From Cycas panzhihuaensis (lineage: Eukaryota > Plantae > Cycadophyta), in NCBI GenBank assembly GCA_023213395.1, contig CM041465.1:247015741-247079740 (forward strand): 64,000 bases of DNA. Reading direction: 5' to 3'. The first letter of the stretch is position 1. Each line of letters starts with the position of its first letter. Below, in pieces: positions 9,950 to 22,045 of this stretch. Position numbers and translations under genes: made by a program. A model generated the notes under the pieces. The model searched no databases and was not told the origin of the DNA. It saw only the letters and a list, made by a program, of their open reading frames with translations.

Positions 9950-11333
9950 CGATAGTTGATCTGGAATGATGTGCACCTTACCAGGTTTCACAATGATTCT
10001 GAATGAAAATTCTTGGAACAGCATTAACCATCTACTGATCCTTCCCTGCATAATGGGTTTATTCACCAGGTACATCAAAGCTTGGTGGTCGACAAAAAAT
10101 AGGAATGGATTAGATAACAAATAATGTCGAAACTTTTATAGTGCATAAACCATGCCGAGTGCTTCCCTTTCTGTCGTTGTATAATTCTGCTCTGCTCTCG
10201 TGAGTTTTCGACTGGCAAAATAAACTGGATGATCCGTTTTATCATCACTGGGTTGGGCCAATACGCATCCAATAGCATATTGCGACGCATCCACATGCAT
10301 GTGAAAGGTTTTCTTCCAATCTGGAAATCGTAATATAGGTGCTGCTACTATGGCCTGCTTTAATGTCTCGAATGCTCGTTGCTGATCTTTGGTCCATATC
10401 CATTCAATATTCTTTTCAAAGAATTCTTCTAGAGGTCCAGATATATATGCATATCCTCTGATAAATTTTCTATAATATCCGGTTAAACCCAAAAAACCTT
10501 TTAGCTGCTTCCTCGTACTCAGTGTTAGAAAGTGTAAAATGGTAGACACTTTTGCTAGATCTATCAGCAAACCTTCTTTGCTGACTATGTGCCCTAAGAG
10601 GTTTCGAAATGGTACCAGAAATGTACATTTTTCTGGATTGAGACACAGTTTATTTTCTCGACAAGTTTGCAACATTTCTCTTAAGTTTTCCATATGATTT
10701 TTCATTAACCCGCATAATGTCCAAATTGCCTAAGAATACAAAGAACTTTTTCTCCAATGAATTTACGAAAAATATTAATCACAATCCGTTGAAATGTCGC
10801 TGGTGCATTTGTAAGACCGAATGGCATTACCTTATAGCGTCGTGCCCATTCTCATTTACGAATGTTGTCTTCGCCTGATCTTCTGGGGCAATCTGCACTT
10901 GATTGTACCCACTAAATCTGTCTGTGAATGAATAGATTTCATTCCCTCCAACTGCTTCTAGAATATCTTCCATGAAAGGTAACGGAAACGGATCTTTTTT
11001 CATCACTTTGTTCAATTGTCTGTAATCCACACAGACTCAAATTTTCCCATTTTTCTTTGGAACCACTACTATAGGGCTCACCCAGTCACTGTAGTCAATT
11101 TCGTATATATAACCCGCTTCTAACATTTTATCAAGTTCGGCTTTTACTTTTTCTTTGTATTTCAGATTCATTCGATATGGTCGTTGTTTTACTGGTTTAG
11201 TATCCTCCACTAGATCAATATGATGCATTCCTATCTCTGGAGGAATACCTTTCAAATCTTTATATGACCATGCAAACACATCATGAAATTCTTCGAACAA
11301 TTGTTGAGCTTGACTCTGGTTTGGGAATCCCAA
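9950..11333 (-). pseudogene. pol: Element B reverse transcriptase and RNase H
   Basis: PYRMN...WVSPIVVVPKKNGK, DYRQLN, FSGYNQV, MPFGLTNAPATFQ; RNase H VDASQYAIG, YTTTEREALGMV, FVDHQAL. Confidence 0.97.
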
Positions 11334-11632
11334 TAATCTCCAATTCGAATAAGCTTAGGATTTTCTGAGTTGCCAACATTAATTTCTGTTGTTTTCAACT
11401 TTGTCATACCCACATCTTCTACATTTTCAATTTTATGCCCTGGAGCATCTTCTACTTTTCTTTCTCCCATGGTGAATTCTGTAAACTCTGTAGGATAATT
11501 CATAATTTCTTCTTCTTCACTCTGTATGGATTCTACTGTTTTCTGATCTGTTAAATGCTATTCTAGTTTTATGCTCATCATTCTAATATGTTTCAGGATT
11601 GTGTCTACTTCTTGGTTTTCTGAAGTATGCCT

Positions 11633-12085
11633 AAAGGTTTTTATAAAAGAGCCCCTTAGATTTTCCCAGGATACATCTAAGTTTTGTTCCTTTCCCAGGA
11701 ACCAGTCTTTTGCTACTCTTCCTAAGGTATGGTAGAAGTAGTTAGACCAATTCTGCTTAAGTATACTCCTAGATTTCCAATTTTGTTTACACACCTGTAC
11801 GTGTTTTCTAGAGTCATGTCCTACATAGAATATTAGAATAGCTAGTTGGTTTGGATGATCGAATCGTATTCGAAACATCGTTTGCAATTCTTGCCAACTC
11901 CTAAGGGTATGTTGGTGAGCTAAGTACCAATACCAAGCTTTCCCCCGTAAGGTTAGGATTAAATCCTGCTGCCATTTGGTTTTGTCCCAATTTCCCTGCT
12001 CTATCCAATAATCAATGCAGTGTGTTAAATGGGTAGTCCCATATAACTGTTCCCCATAGAATGGTTTAACGTAATCCCCGATATA
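11633..12085 (-). other. Two tandem Gag-capsid-like (Retrotrans_gag-like) domains inside Pol of B
   Basis: TLRGKAWYWY...SWQELQTMFRIRF and HTLGRVAKDWF...SWENLRGSFIKTF in ORF 11558..12490 parallel the element's own Gag CTLRGVPLAWY...PWGKIKKAFEERF. Confidence 0.75.
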
Positions 12086-12812
12086 GGTTTGACAGCTAGT
12101 TTTTCTCGGAATAGTGATTTTATTTCTTAGACCAGACTCGCTAGAAGTACTTACTAGCAATCCTCCTTCCATTTCCCCAGTTTTGGTGCCAATGGTTGGA
12201 AGAGATTTATGGCTGGGCGGGTGTACCTCTAAGGAAGAAGAGGAGGGAATATTACTTCCTTCCTTGGGTTGTATAAAAGGGGGGGGTAGGGAATCTACCT
12301 CATGACCCACACCTGAAGTAGATGGGATGTCAAGGTTACTACTAACTAGAAAAAAACTACGAAAATTACTAGATAAACTAAGGGTTGGTTGGTCTAGGTT
12401 ATTATCCATTTCTAAATGATCATTAGTCAGTATATATTCAAAAGAATTTAAATTATTATCAATGTTTACAGATACACATTTAGATAACAAATTACATCTG
12501 AATGAAGAAGAGTTTACTTCATATGTATCCTAAAGCCAGTAATCCACGAACCTCATATCGTGTTCGTCATCCGAAGAGTTGTATATTTCTTCGAAACTGC
12601 TGGTTCTTCATCTTGATCTTTGCTTTGACGTGGTGGGTTCTTCCGCCATATGAAAGATGTGTTCTTCCTCATTGGAAGAAAATGTTGTGTTGATTCTTGT
12701 TGTCTTTGGATCCTTCGTCTCAGGATTACTTCAATCGAACTCCTTCCCAAAGATTGGTAGCACTACTTTGTTGTTCTTTGTCCGATAAAGTGAAGGTTAC
12801 CTTTTCCCAATT

Positions 12813-13130
12813 CTAAAGGCATTGTGTTTTGTATAACCATGGCCTTCCTAGTAACGCTGGGTAGGGTGTGGCTCCTTTTTCTGTTTCCACGATCGTGAAA
12901 TCAACTCTTACCACTATCCCTGCCACGTCTACTTTTATATTGGCCAATCTACCCAGGGGTCGTACTAGCAACTCATTGGCCAACTTCAGTGAGTAGGTTG
13001 CCGCCTCTAGCTTTGGGCTTCCCAATTTACGCCATGTTGCAGTGGGTAACATATTTACTGCTGCGCCTCCATCCACAATGACTCGAGAAAATGCTTCTCC
13101 CAATACGGACATGGTTACCATTGGATCCAT
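12813..13130 (-). pseudogene. pol: Element B aspartic protease
   Basis: VIVDGGAAVNML...ALLGRPWL in ORF 12813..13907. Confidence 0.93.
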
Positions 13131-13598
13131 GTCGAATGATGGTATAATTTGTTTCAAACTTTTGGTAATTCCTCTTTGCAACACACCTCCTTTAATCCAA
13201 TCAATAACCTGAGACAGAGGAATAGTTAATCGCAATCGCTTCACCAGATTCTCCATCAATAACAACATTCTGGGAATATCTTCGGCTGGTAATCCTTTAA
13301 ACAACTCCTCCACTTGCACCATTCGGGGTTTTACCGTTGATTCTTCTGGTGATTTTTCTGGCTCTTTTTGTTTGTTTTTCCGCACATAAACATTTTTTGT
13401 TTCTGGTTTACCCATTGGTAGTATATTTTCATCCCGAACTAAACCATCCAACACTTGTTTCGCTTGTTTATACCGATCCATTTCTATTGGGGGGTTTGGA
13501 TATCCTTTATCCAGTTTCTCTTTTTGTTTGTTCTGTAATTTCACATTCTTAGTTTCTGGCACGATTGTCATTAGGTTAGTCGCTTTAGCTTTACCCTT

Positions 13599-15328
13599 AC
13601 AATCCTCCATTTTGTGGTCACTTGGGCCACAGTTACCACATACGAATGGCTTTTGTTCGTATTCCTGCTTCATCGGATATTCAGACTTCCGATTAATCAG
13701 GCAGGCAAATGAGGCATCTCCCCATCGGCTGTTTCTTCCTCGAGGGCTCTGGTGCGCCCCTCGTTGTATACACATTTCGAGGTGGGTTACCTCTCCCCCG
13801 ACCTCGTCCTCTAAATGCTTTTCCCCTGGAATTATAAAAGCAGTCCTTGGTTGTGTGTGTGTCAACCTCACATATGTGGCACCACTTCTCTTGTAGGTGT
13901 GTCGCACTGTTTTTTAAGTTCAACTCACATTCCCAGGTGGTATGTGAGTTTTCTTCACAAATATGGCACCACTTGGTCACCCTTCCAGTGTGCTCTTTTT
14001 TCTTTGGTGTCTCTTCTTCGTCCCGATTATTTCTGATTTTCAAACGGGCTACCTCTTTCCTCAGTGTCTCCAATTCTAACTCCTCTTCTGCTACCCCTAC
14101 CTAGCAGAAGGGTCGATTATCTTGATTACATTTCGACTCTCTAATCTCATCTTGCAATCTTAACAGCAAGGAATCTTGTCCTCCTGCTTGGGCCTCCATT
14201 TCCATCTCGAAATCTAATGCCAAATCCTGGGCATTCTTGAATGACTTTAGCGGATGAGCATGCATCATAGCTCGAACTTCTCATTCAAACCCTCTCACGA
14301 AGTAGTTCTTCATGTTATGATCCGTGATCGTCTCGTTGATCATACTCACTGCAATAATCTTCATTTGGCTAATGTAAGTTAGGACGGATTCCTCGCCTTT
14401 GCACGATTTCGTGTACGATTTCCACAGCTTCATTACTCTGAAACTTTTGAAATCTCTCCTCAAACGCTTTCTTAATCTTCCCCCATGGCTCATTTTTGTT
14501 TATTTCCTTGTACCATGCCAAGGGTACTCCTCTCAATGTACAAGCGAAGCGTGCTTTGATTTCATCTTTATCCGTAATCTTTTTAACATCAATGAGGTTT
14601 TGAAACAAATACACATGCTCTGCTGCATCTGAAGTATCATTGAAGGTTAGTTTCCCAAAGTCTCTGTAATCATCCATTTTGGGAGATTGCAACTTTCCCC
14701 CACCTGATGGTGATCTTTCCCCTCCTCCGTCCTCTGGGGATGCACTGGGAGTAACTACCGATGCACTATCTTTCCCAAACAATGGATTTTTAAACGAAGT
14801 TTTTATGTGTATTAGTTCCACTACACCTGGAACTTGTATAGTCAATGGTATTACCGTAATGTAAGATTGATCCGATCCCCTTTCTGTCAAATCTTCAAAA
14901 AGTTGTCTCGTTAGCTTGTTTTCCCAACATGCTGAGGGACCTTCCTCCGCCTTCTTATCGCTGTCACCTAGGTCCTTCGGGCTGTCCTCCACTGGTATAC
15001 TTCCCTCTGTTAGGATCTCTTTATATTTTTCATCCACTGATGGCTTCCCTTCAATCTCCGGGCTAAACAAATCATCTCTGATTGGGGCTGGTGTCAATAC
15101 CATGTGTTCAGCATTGATTTCCTCTTCCTGAGGTGTCTGGGCTCCACTTGCCTCAGATCCTTCAACGGACTGTCCCTTAGTCTCGTTGTTTTGCGAACTT
15201 AACCTCTTCGCCCTTCTGAGTTTTACTTCTTTTGACCATCTTAGTGCCCTTTGTCTGCTGGTTTCCTTTTCCTTGGGTGAAGTATCCTTCTGGGGCTCTT
15301 CCGACCTTGAAGGCCTCTTAGGTGGCAT
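13599..15328 (-). pseudogene. gag: Element B Gag (capsid plus four CCHC zinc knuckles), frameshifted
   Basis: ORFs 14369..15328, 14281..14493, 13693..14073; knuckles CHICEENSHTTWEC, CHICEVDTHTTKDC, CLICL...(broken), CGNCGPSDHKMEDC. Confidence 0.92.
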
Positions 15329-15450
15329 TGGAAGGTCCCACAGGTGGCTTAGTTCTGACCGCCATCACGCTGGCAGCCAGGGTCCTCTGCCCTTTACACA
15401 TTCTTTTTCCCTTTGAAACCCCTAGGCCCTGTCCCTCCTCAATGGATGTA

Positions 15451-15463
15451 GGCAACGGAACCA
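15451..15463 (-). promoter_or_regulatory. Element B primer-binding site, complementary to the tRNA-Glu 3' end
   Basis: Minus strand reads LTR-CA T TGGTTCCGTTGCC; plant tRNA-Glu ends ...GGCAACGGAA-CCA (from memory). Confidence 0.75.
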
Positions 15464-15464
15464 A

Positions 15465-16307
15465 TGTTGACTTCACTGGTCTCGTTACACTTACGAGACA
15501 CCCCTTGCTCACTTGTCAAGGTTACACAGTGCTATAGTCTAGTTTTAGGATACTGTCAACATGGTTATTCATATACATTCCATATATAATACACAGAATG
15601 GTACACGCAAAGATGTAAATCAATACATACTTCAGCAAATCATCATCACACACCAAGAATACATTAATTTCCACGTAACTCTTTCTTTTATTAATTCAAC
15701 AGTTCAATTACGAAATTTGGAATGTATTTACGAGCATTCCAAAGACATCTGACCTTCATACATATGCGTACCTAGATGGTACTTATCACATATTCATGCT
15801 CCAATCGGCTGTCATGCGTACTATCTTCTGCACCTTTGCGTACTCGTAATATCTGGCTCTCACCCTTAACCAGGTGAATCATGCGTACCTCCTTAAGTAC
15901 TCGTGTTGGTACCTTTTGGCTGAAGGGTTATGACTGTCTGTCATAACCGTACCCCTTCAGTCATGCGTACCTCTTCAGTTTATGCGTACCTCTTCACTTA
16001 ATCACTTTGTTTATCCTTAATTAATTCTTCCTTTGGGTCCGTACGTCCGTACGTACGTCTGGCACCTCCCCAGGTCTTCACTGGTCCCCTGGAGTCATGT
16101 GTACCGCCGCCGTTTGGTTCCGTTCTGCTGCTGGTACGTTCCTGTCATGCGTACCCGTTCCAGGTATGCATCATGCACGTGCAGAATGCTCGTTTTTCTG
16201 CCGTTTTGCCTCGTGCGTACCTCTGTACGGTCCATACCTACACAACTCAGGTTCTCTGACCTACCTCTGGTCCTCACACAGCCATTGAGTCAATTTTAAT
16301 GCCAATA
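15465..16307 (-). repeat. Element B 5' LTR
   Basis: TGTTGAC...GCCAATA on +, adjacent to the PBS and followed by TSD gagca. Confidence 0.95.
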
Positions 16308-16348
16308 GAGCAAGGATGCTCAACCCAATCATGTTGACCCGGGATAGA

Positions 16349-17254
16349 TGTTGGGACAGATTTTGACACATAGACCTTGAGGAAGACAGAATACAGGCTT
16401 GTATTGACTAGAGGAATGTAAGTATAGATTGTATAAAGGTATGCACTATGGAAAAAGGTGGAAAATATGCAATCTAGATACGTATGATAGATACGTACCT
16501 ATTTACGTACCTTTTTGGGTATGCATTGTAAGTTGTATACCATTTTCAGTATGCTAGCAGACAATAAGGTACATATGGACAAATATGGCCCAAAGGCACC
16601 CAGAAATGATGACGTTGGCCTAGAAGGACATATGTATAGATGTACTGATCAAAAAAGATACCATTAAGGAGACTTAATCATGTGTAAAGTGAAAGGATAC
16701 CTTGGTGACAAAAAGGTATGGTTATGACCTTGGGTCATAACCTTTTATCCAAAAGGCATCAAAGGGACATATTTAATGATGCTTTGAGGACCATTCTAGT
16801 GTAAGAGCTAATTGATTCAATCCTATGGTATACTCTCAAGGAGAAGAGCCAAGTATTTATACACTCAATGGTACGAAATCCAATACGTATGATAGCAGCA
16901 CAGAGTAGTGTATAATGATGTGTACCTTCTAGGTATGCATGTGATAGTGGCAGTTTATGTGGCTGGAATGCACAGGGAATGCATTCGAGCACCTTGTGTA
17001 CAAAGACTTATTGCTGAATAAAAGAAGAGTTACATGGAAATGTTGAATTTATGTGTTTTATGAAGATTGGATGTTAAATATATATTGATTATTATATTAC
17101 TGTGTGTAAATTGTGACATGACTACATGGAATTGTTAATAAATCTATGTGATCTATGTGGATGAATATGTTGACTATATCCTAGACTAGACTACATATGT
17201 TACCTTCACAAGTGTACCTATCTCACGAGTGTAGTGAGATACCCAAAGTCAACA
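16349..17254 (+). repeat. Element A 3' LTR
   Basis: TGTTGGGACA...AAAGTCAACA, preceded by gggataga and followed by TSD ccatc. Confidence 0.95.
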
Positions 17255-17259
17255 CCATC

Positions 17260-17318
17260 ATGAAGGTGGATGGCTCAGGGATACCCACATCTGATTGTGG
17301 TAAGCTCTACGTGTTTAA

Positions 17319-17357
<39 letters not shown>

Positions 17358-19472
17358 CACTCTCAACCTAAAGTACAATGGAAAATTGACACCTCTGGAG
17401 TTTAAAACATAGTGAGAAAATAATTTCAAAGGAGGTGAAGTTTGTAAATCAGAATATCATGTCCTAGTCAATCAAAAGTCGCCTCTCAATAACAAGTATC
17501 TACTCTTAAGAAAGGATGAGTTTGTATGTTATGGATTTAAGTCTTGGATAATTAAGAACCTCCTTATTGGGAGAGTAGGACCTAACCTAAGGGGAACAAA
17601 TAAGAATAAGAACCTATATATAGATTAGCATACATTAGAAAGAAAACTAAGTCTTTTTATTGTACTTATGATTATCCTAGCTACTATGGTTTTAATCACA
17701 CTATCTTTTTATTTTTAATTAGAAAGAGCAACTAGATATCATAGAAGTGAATTTATCCTTTTTCATTTACTTTTCTTTTTTAGAGTAAAAGTACTAAATA
17801 AACAATTAATATATAACTAATGTAAATTGAAGGGATTTATTTATAGGTTCCTTGTATCTTTTCTCTTTGAGTTTAAATCAAAATAAAGTAAAGCGAAATC
17901 TAAGCAATAAATAAAACTTGTAGTAAAGATGAAGTAAAGGATGGCTTACCTCTTACCTTTTTTGGAGAATCTTCTAATCAATATCACCACTCCTCAAGTA
18001 ATGGTTTGATTAAGCTAAAAGAGTTTTTCTCATAATACACAAGCTCAACTACAATCATGTAATGAAACCACTTGAAAATAAAGACAAGCATTATGTGTTC
18101 TAATATAATTCTAGAAGCATTTTTTATGCCCTTAGAGAATTGTGGTAGAATATAAGGGATCAAGGAGCTTAAAACCCTATGGAGAAGGATTTAAGATTTC
18201 CTTGTTGAGTCTTTAAACCAAGTTGATCACCTCTTTAGGGAGAATTTGCCAACATTGAGGCCATGTATGTGAACTTCTCCTCAAGTTGACAATCAAAACT
18301 TTCAAGCAAAGGGCCTTAACCTTTGGAAAAAGACAGTTATACTAAGTAAGTAATAATTTGAGACTTCAAACCAAAAGGAAAACTAGTTAAACTCTTACCA
18401 TTTTTTATCACAATATAAGCTAAGAGAACTCTTAAATTTTAACTATAAAAATAATAAGAAAAAATTATAAATGCCATAAGGAAGATGATAAGGAGGTACC
18501 TTAGATTAGTGCCATGATAACTCTAAGATCCTCTAAATCGAGCTCCAAAATGGGAAAGATGAATCAAACATCTCCTAAGGGTGAAAGTAGAACCAATATG
18601 AAAGATCTGTGTAAAATAAAGTGAGAACAGTAAGAAAGAAATGAGGCCCATAGAAGAAGAAAGTTCCAAACTTAGGTATGCAGAATCCCAAGCCATGAAA
18701 ATCTCCCAGCAAAGGTTTGGTCCTTACTATAATAAGTCACTACAAGAATGCTAAAGGGTTATGAAAGGTTGAGATGAAAATTCAATAGCACTTAATTACA
18801 CAAAGCTTGGTCCCTCTTTTTCTTAATAAATAGATGGATATTTATAGAAGAAATAAGGATGAATAGCCTGGGAAAGTAAGGGAAAACTAGGCCATAGTTT
18901 TGTAAGAAATAGTGTTTGTATAGTGAAAAAAATAGCTTCTTTTTATATTTGTTTTCACATAGAAAAGTTAAAAACCACAACAAATATTGAAAACCATAAC
19001 AAATAGTGAAATTTGTGACACCTAAAAATTAACTAAAATTGCTACTTTCAACATTTATCATAGTTTATTAAGAAGCTCGCAATTTTTGGCAACATAATAA
19101 ATAGTGAAAATTGCAATAAATAGAATTTGATTAAACTATTAAAAATCACTAGAATTTTTTTTTTAAATATAATAAGTCTTCTTTCCAAAATCATATGAGG
19201 AGACCAATGATGGGTTAAACAAAGTGAAAACATAAAATAAGGGCAAAATAAAGGTAATTGATCACTAAATAACAAGTTTAAAATTTCATACAAAGACTTA
19301 AAAGAAACTAGAGCTATGGCTTGAAGTGAGCTTAAGAGCACCAAATAAGTGATCACATTAAGATTTATACATCATAGATAGTGCTTAACATAATCACAAG
19401 TACAATCATACTAGGTAATCATCTAATCATCATGTCAATCAATCAACTTAATCATTATATACACTGAATCAA
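17260..19472. repeat. Long dispersed repeat, copy 1, right piece (LTR or leader of an old retroelement family)
   Basis: Colinear with 37902-38998 plus 45121-46381, including a (GA)n tract at the same position. Confidence 0.8.
17322..17352. repeat. (GA)n microsatellite
   Basis: Directly visible; homologous tract at 37967-38001. Confidence 0.95.
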
Positions 19473-21333
19473 ATTTTCTATTTATGCAAATGGACCCACT
19501 ATAGATTAGTCTCTTTTGTCACCATTTTATATTCTTGAGTTAGTAAGAGCATAAAGTCTTGGAGGGGTGAGTTGCAGCACAAACCACTAAGGTTAAGAAA
19601 ACTATGAAAATTGAGTTATTTGATGAAAATAAACTCAATTAACTATAAACACAAATATTTTTTAATAAAGTCCATTTTTTAGCTTGAAAAGTTCCTATCT
19701 CATTATAGGAAGAAACTCCACTAAAAACAAGTTTCTTAACATTTAGATAAAAAATAATCTTAAGCTTATCACAAATGAAGAAAAGAAAGAAACCTGTTTT
19801 GGTGGCTATTGGATGATGGATGAGGCAACATTGGAAAGTGTAATATCCTATGAGAAAGGTTTATATTCCAACTTAATTGAAAATTAAGCTCATTTATTTA
19901 GTAAGAGAGTTAGAATTTGGGATGCTACTAGAGATTATTTTTAAGTATTATGGGAGATTTGACTGTCAGATTTGCATTCTATGAGAGTTAAGATATTAGC
20001 ATTGGCACGATGGCAAGGCAAATGTGGTATTTAGTAAGTTTTACAATTTTTTTTTCCTTTTATATATTTCATGCTTTTAAATCCAAAGTTGAGCTCTTAT
20101 GTTGAAAATTATAAGAAGATATTTCAAAATTATAATCTTTAAATGAAACCCATGATGAATGTATTCATCATCCTTTTTTTTTGAATTAATCATAATTTTA
20201 ATTATAAAGTTGTGGTCTTTATTTTTAAAATGTAATAAATAAAAAATTAATTTTTAAAGCCAAATTTTAACAAGTTAAACCTTGAACAATTTTGCACTAA
20301 CTTCCACTTATTTTAACTCATTTTGTAGTGATTAAATCATATTGAGACTTGTGAAAATGAGGGACTAACATTAGATTCATTATTAGATCATCTAATTCTT
20401 ATTAAGTGGTAGGTATTGAAATGGTGTGGGTTAGCCAAAGTAGGTCGCTCCATCTAACTAGTGATGGAGAATGATATATTAGTAGATATCATTAGTCATT
20501 AGATTCTTGATGAGAATATTTTTAGGTTATGAGGGATGAGAGACTTGAGGATTACCCCACACAATGTTGGGAGGATATTAAGGTGTCATGAAGAGGGTAG
20601 CATGTGATTCTTATTCATGTAGTGGAGGAAGTTGAGAAGGTGGTAATGAGCTTGTATATGATTAGTGAGGGAGGACACTTGAGATGCCATGGTATTTGAG
20701 TAGAAGTATTCAGATGCATACAAGGTGTTCCCACCATCAACAAGGTGGTAGGACTTATTATTTTGTGTTATATTGCCAGGGTGTAAACTATATGGATTTA
20801 TAAAATCAATGGGTATAAACTATGAGGCAATGAAAGATTGGCATTTGATTAGAGTGGGTGAGATACATCATTAAGAGCATGCATCATTAGCTATTAAGGA
20901 TTCATTATAATGGAAGTAGTGGATTCTCTTATAGTTCAATTCTATTATATTAGCTTTATAACCACATTACCCTTTCATATCTTATTAGAGTGTTAAGGGG
21001 TTTGACCATTATAGATAAAGTCATAAACTGGTGGTATATAAAGGTGCAGATCCAAGGCATAGGAGAGGTAAAGATGAGGAGCCTAAAGAGCCCCTAACTA
21101 GATCAAATGACTTAGAACTAGTGGGTGGCCAACTTGTTTAATGACATGTTACTATGGTAAGATGATGATACAAATGTGACAATGATAATGGCACATAAAC
21201 TACTACCTCCCCTACCAAATAGTGGGGCAAGAGGCAACATAACAAGAGGAGGGGATATAGGAGATGGAGAAGGGTAAGTGCTCCCAGTAGCAAAAGTGCC
21301 ACCAATGGATAACAAAGGTAGTGATAGGGGAGA

Positions 21334-21542
21334 TGTTATAAACCTCTTATTATTAATTGTATTGGTTGAAAAGATACATTAAAAGGGTTATGTCCCTTGA
21401 TAAACAACGGATCCAATATATATGGCCATTGTCATGTTATAAGAATCATCTTTCAAATTGATATCAATAATATTTACTTTTCTCAAAGCTCTCTGCATTT
21501 TATTAATTTAGCTTCTCCTAGCTTTGGATTGGGTTTGATACA
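21334..21542 (+). repeat. Element D 5' LTR
   Basis: TGTTATAAACC...TTTGATACA; repeat of 27708-27916. Confidence 0.93.
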
Positions 21543-21544
21543 AA

Positions 21545-21555
21545 TGGTATCAGAG
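21545..21555 (+). promoter_or_regulatory. Element D PBS (tRNA-iMet)
   Basis: TGGTATCAGAG 2 nt after the LTR. Confidence 0.92.
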
Positions 21556-21669
21556 AACTCTCCTGGACTAGACTCTCCCATCAGATCACAATCTCATAAT
21601 TGACTTCTATTCATCATTTTTGTCTATGTCACCTTTCTTGTCTCATTTCGTCTTGTTCTCGACTGAGTT

Positions 21670-22045
21670 TTCGTTACTAGTTTCTTGTTATTATTCACTA
21701 GTCACTGTTTTTCTCGTCACTACACCTTATACAACTAGTCACTGATTTTCTCGTCACTATACTTTTCACTATATATTTTCTCGCCATTGTTTAATGGTCT
21801 ATTAGTCTCATCGCTATTTATGTCACTCATTCTCTCATCATTATTCACTATTCTCATCATTATTCACTGGTCTATTTTTCGTATCATTGCTTACTGGTTT
21901 TGCATCCAGATTCCAGTCACTGACTGGTTTTCTCGTTGTTGACTGATTTATGTCCAGATTCTAGTCACTGTCTAGTTTTCTCATTGTTGGTTGGTTTTGC
22001 GTCTAGAATCTAGTCACCAACTAGTTTTCTAGTTGCTAGTTGGTT
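21670..22045 (+). repeat. Degenerate tandem repeats in the 5' leader of D
   Basis: Recurrent ctagtcactg/ttttctcgtc motifs; three ~49-bp units at ~21905-22045. Confidence 0.7.

Larger units (their letters stand above)
5748..16307 (-). mobile_element. Element B: near-complete non-chromovirus Ty3/Gypsy LTR retrotransposon (Athila/Phygy/Selgy-like), nested in A
   Basis: LTRs 5748-6601 and 15465-16307; perfect TSD gagca (5743-5747, 16308-16312); order gag-PR-RT-RH-INT; no chromodomain or additional RNase H seen; 3' extra ORF. Confidence 0.97.
601..17254 (+). mobile_element. Element A: non-autonomous Ty3/Gypsy LTR retrotransposon (~6.1 kb without nested element B)
   Basis: Two 906-bp LTRs (601-1506, 16349-17254), perfect 5-bp TSD ccatc (596-600, 17255-17259), PBS, gag and protease present. 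RT, RNase H and integrase core are absent. Confidence 0.95.

Noticed and set aside
13060-13080. Atypical protease active sites (DGG in B, DEG in A and C)
   Set aside because: DGG-type variants occur in non-chromovirus elements, and DEG can arise by G>A decay.
13337-15537. Plus-strand ORFs over B gag/PR
   Set aside because: Antisense shadows of the real minus-strand coding sequence.
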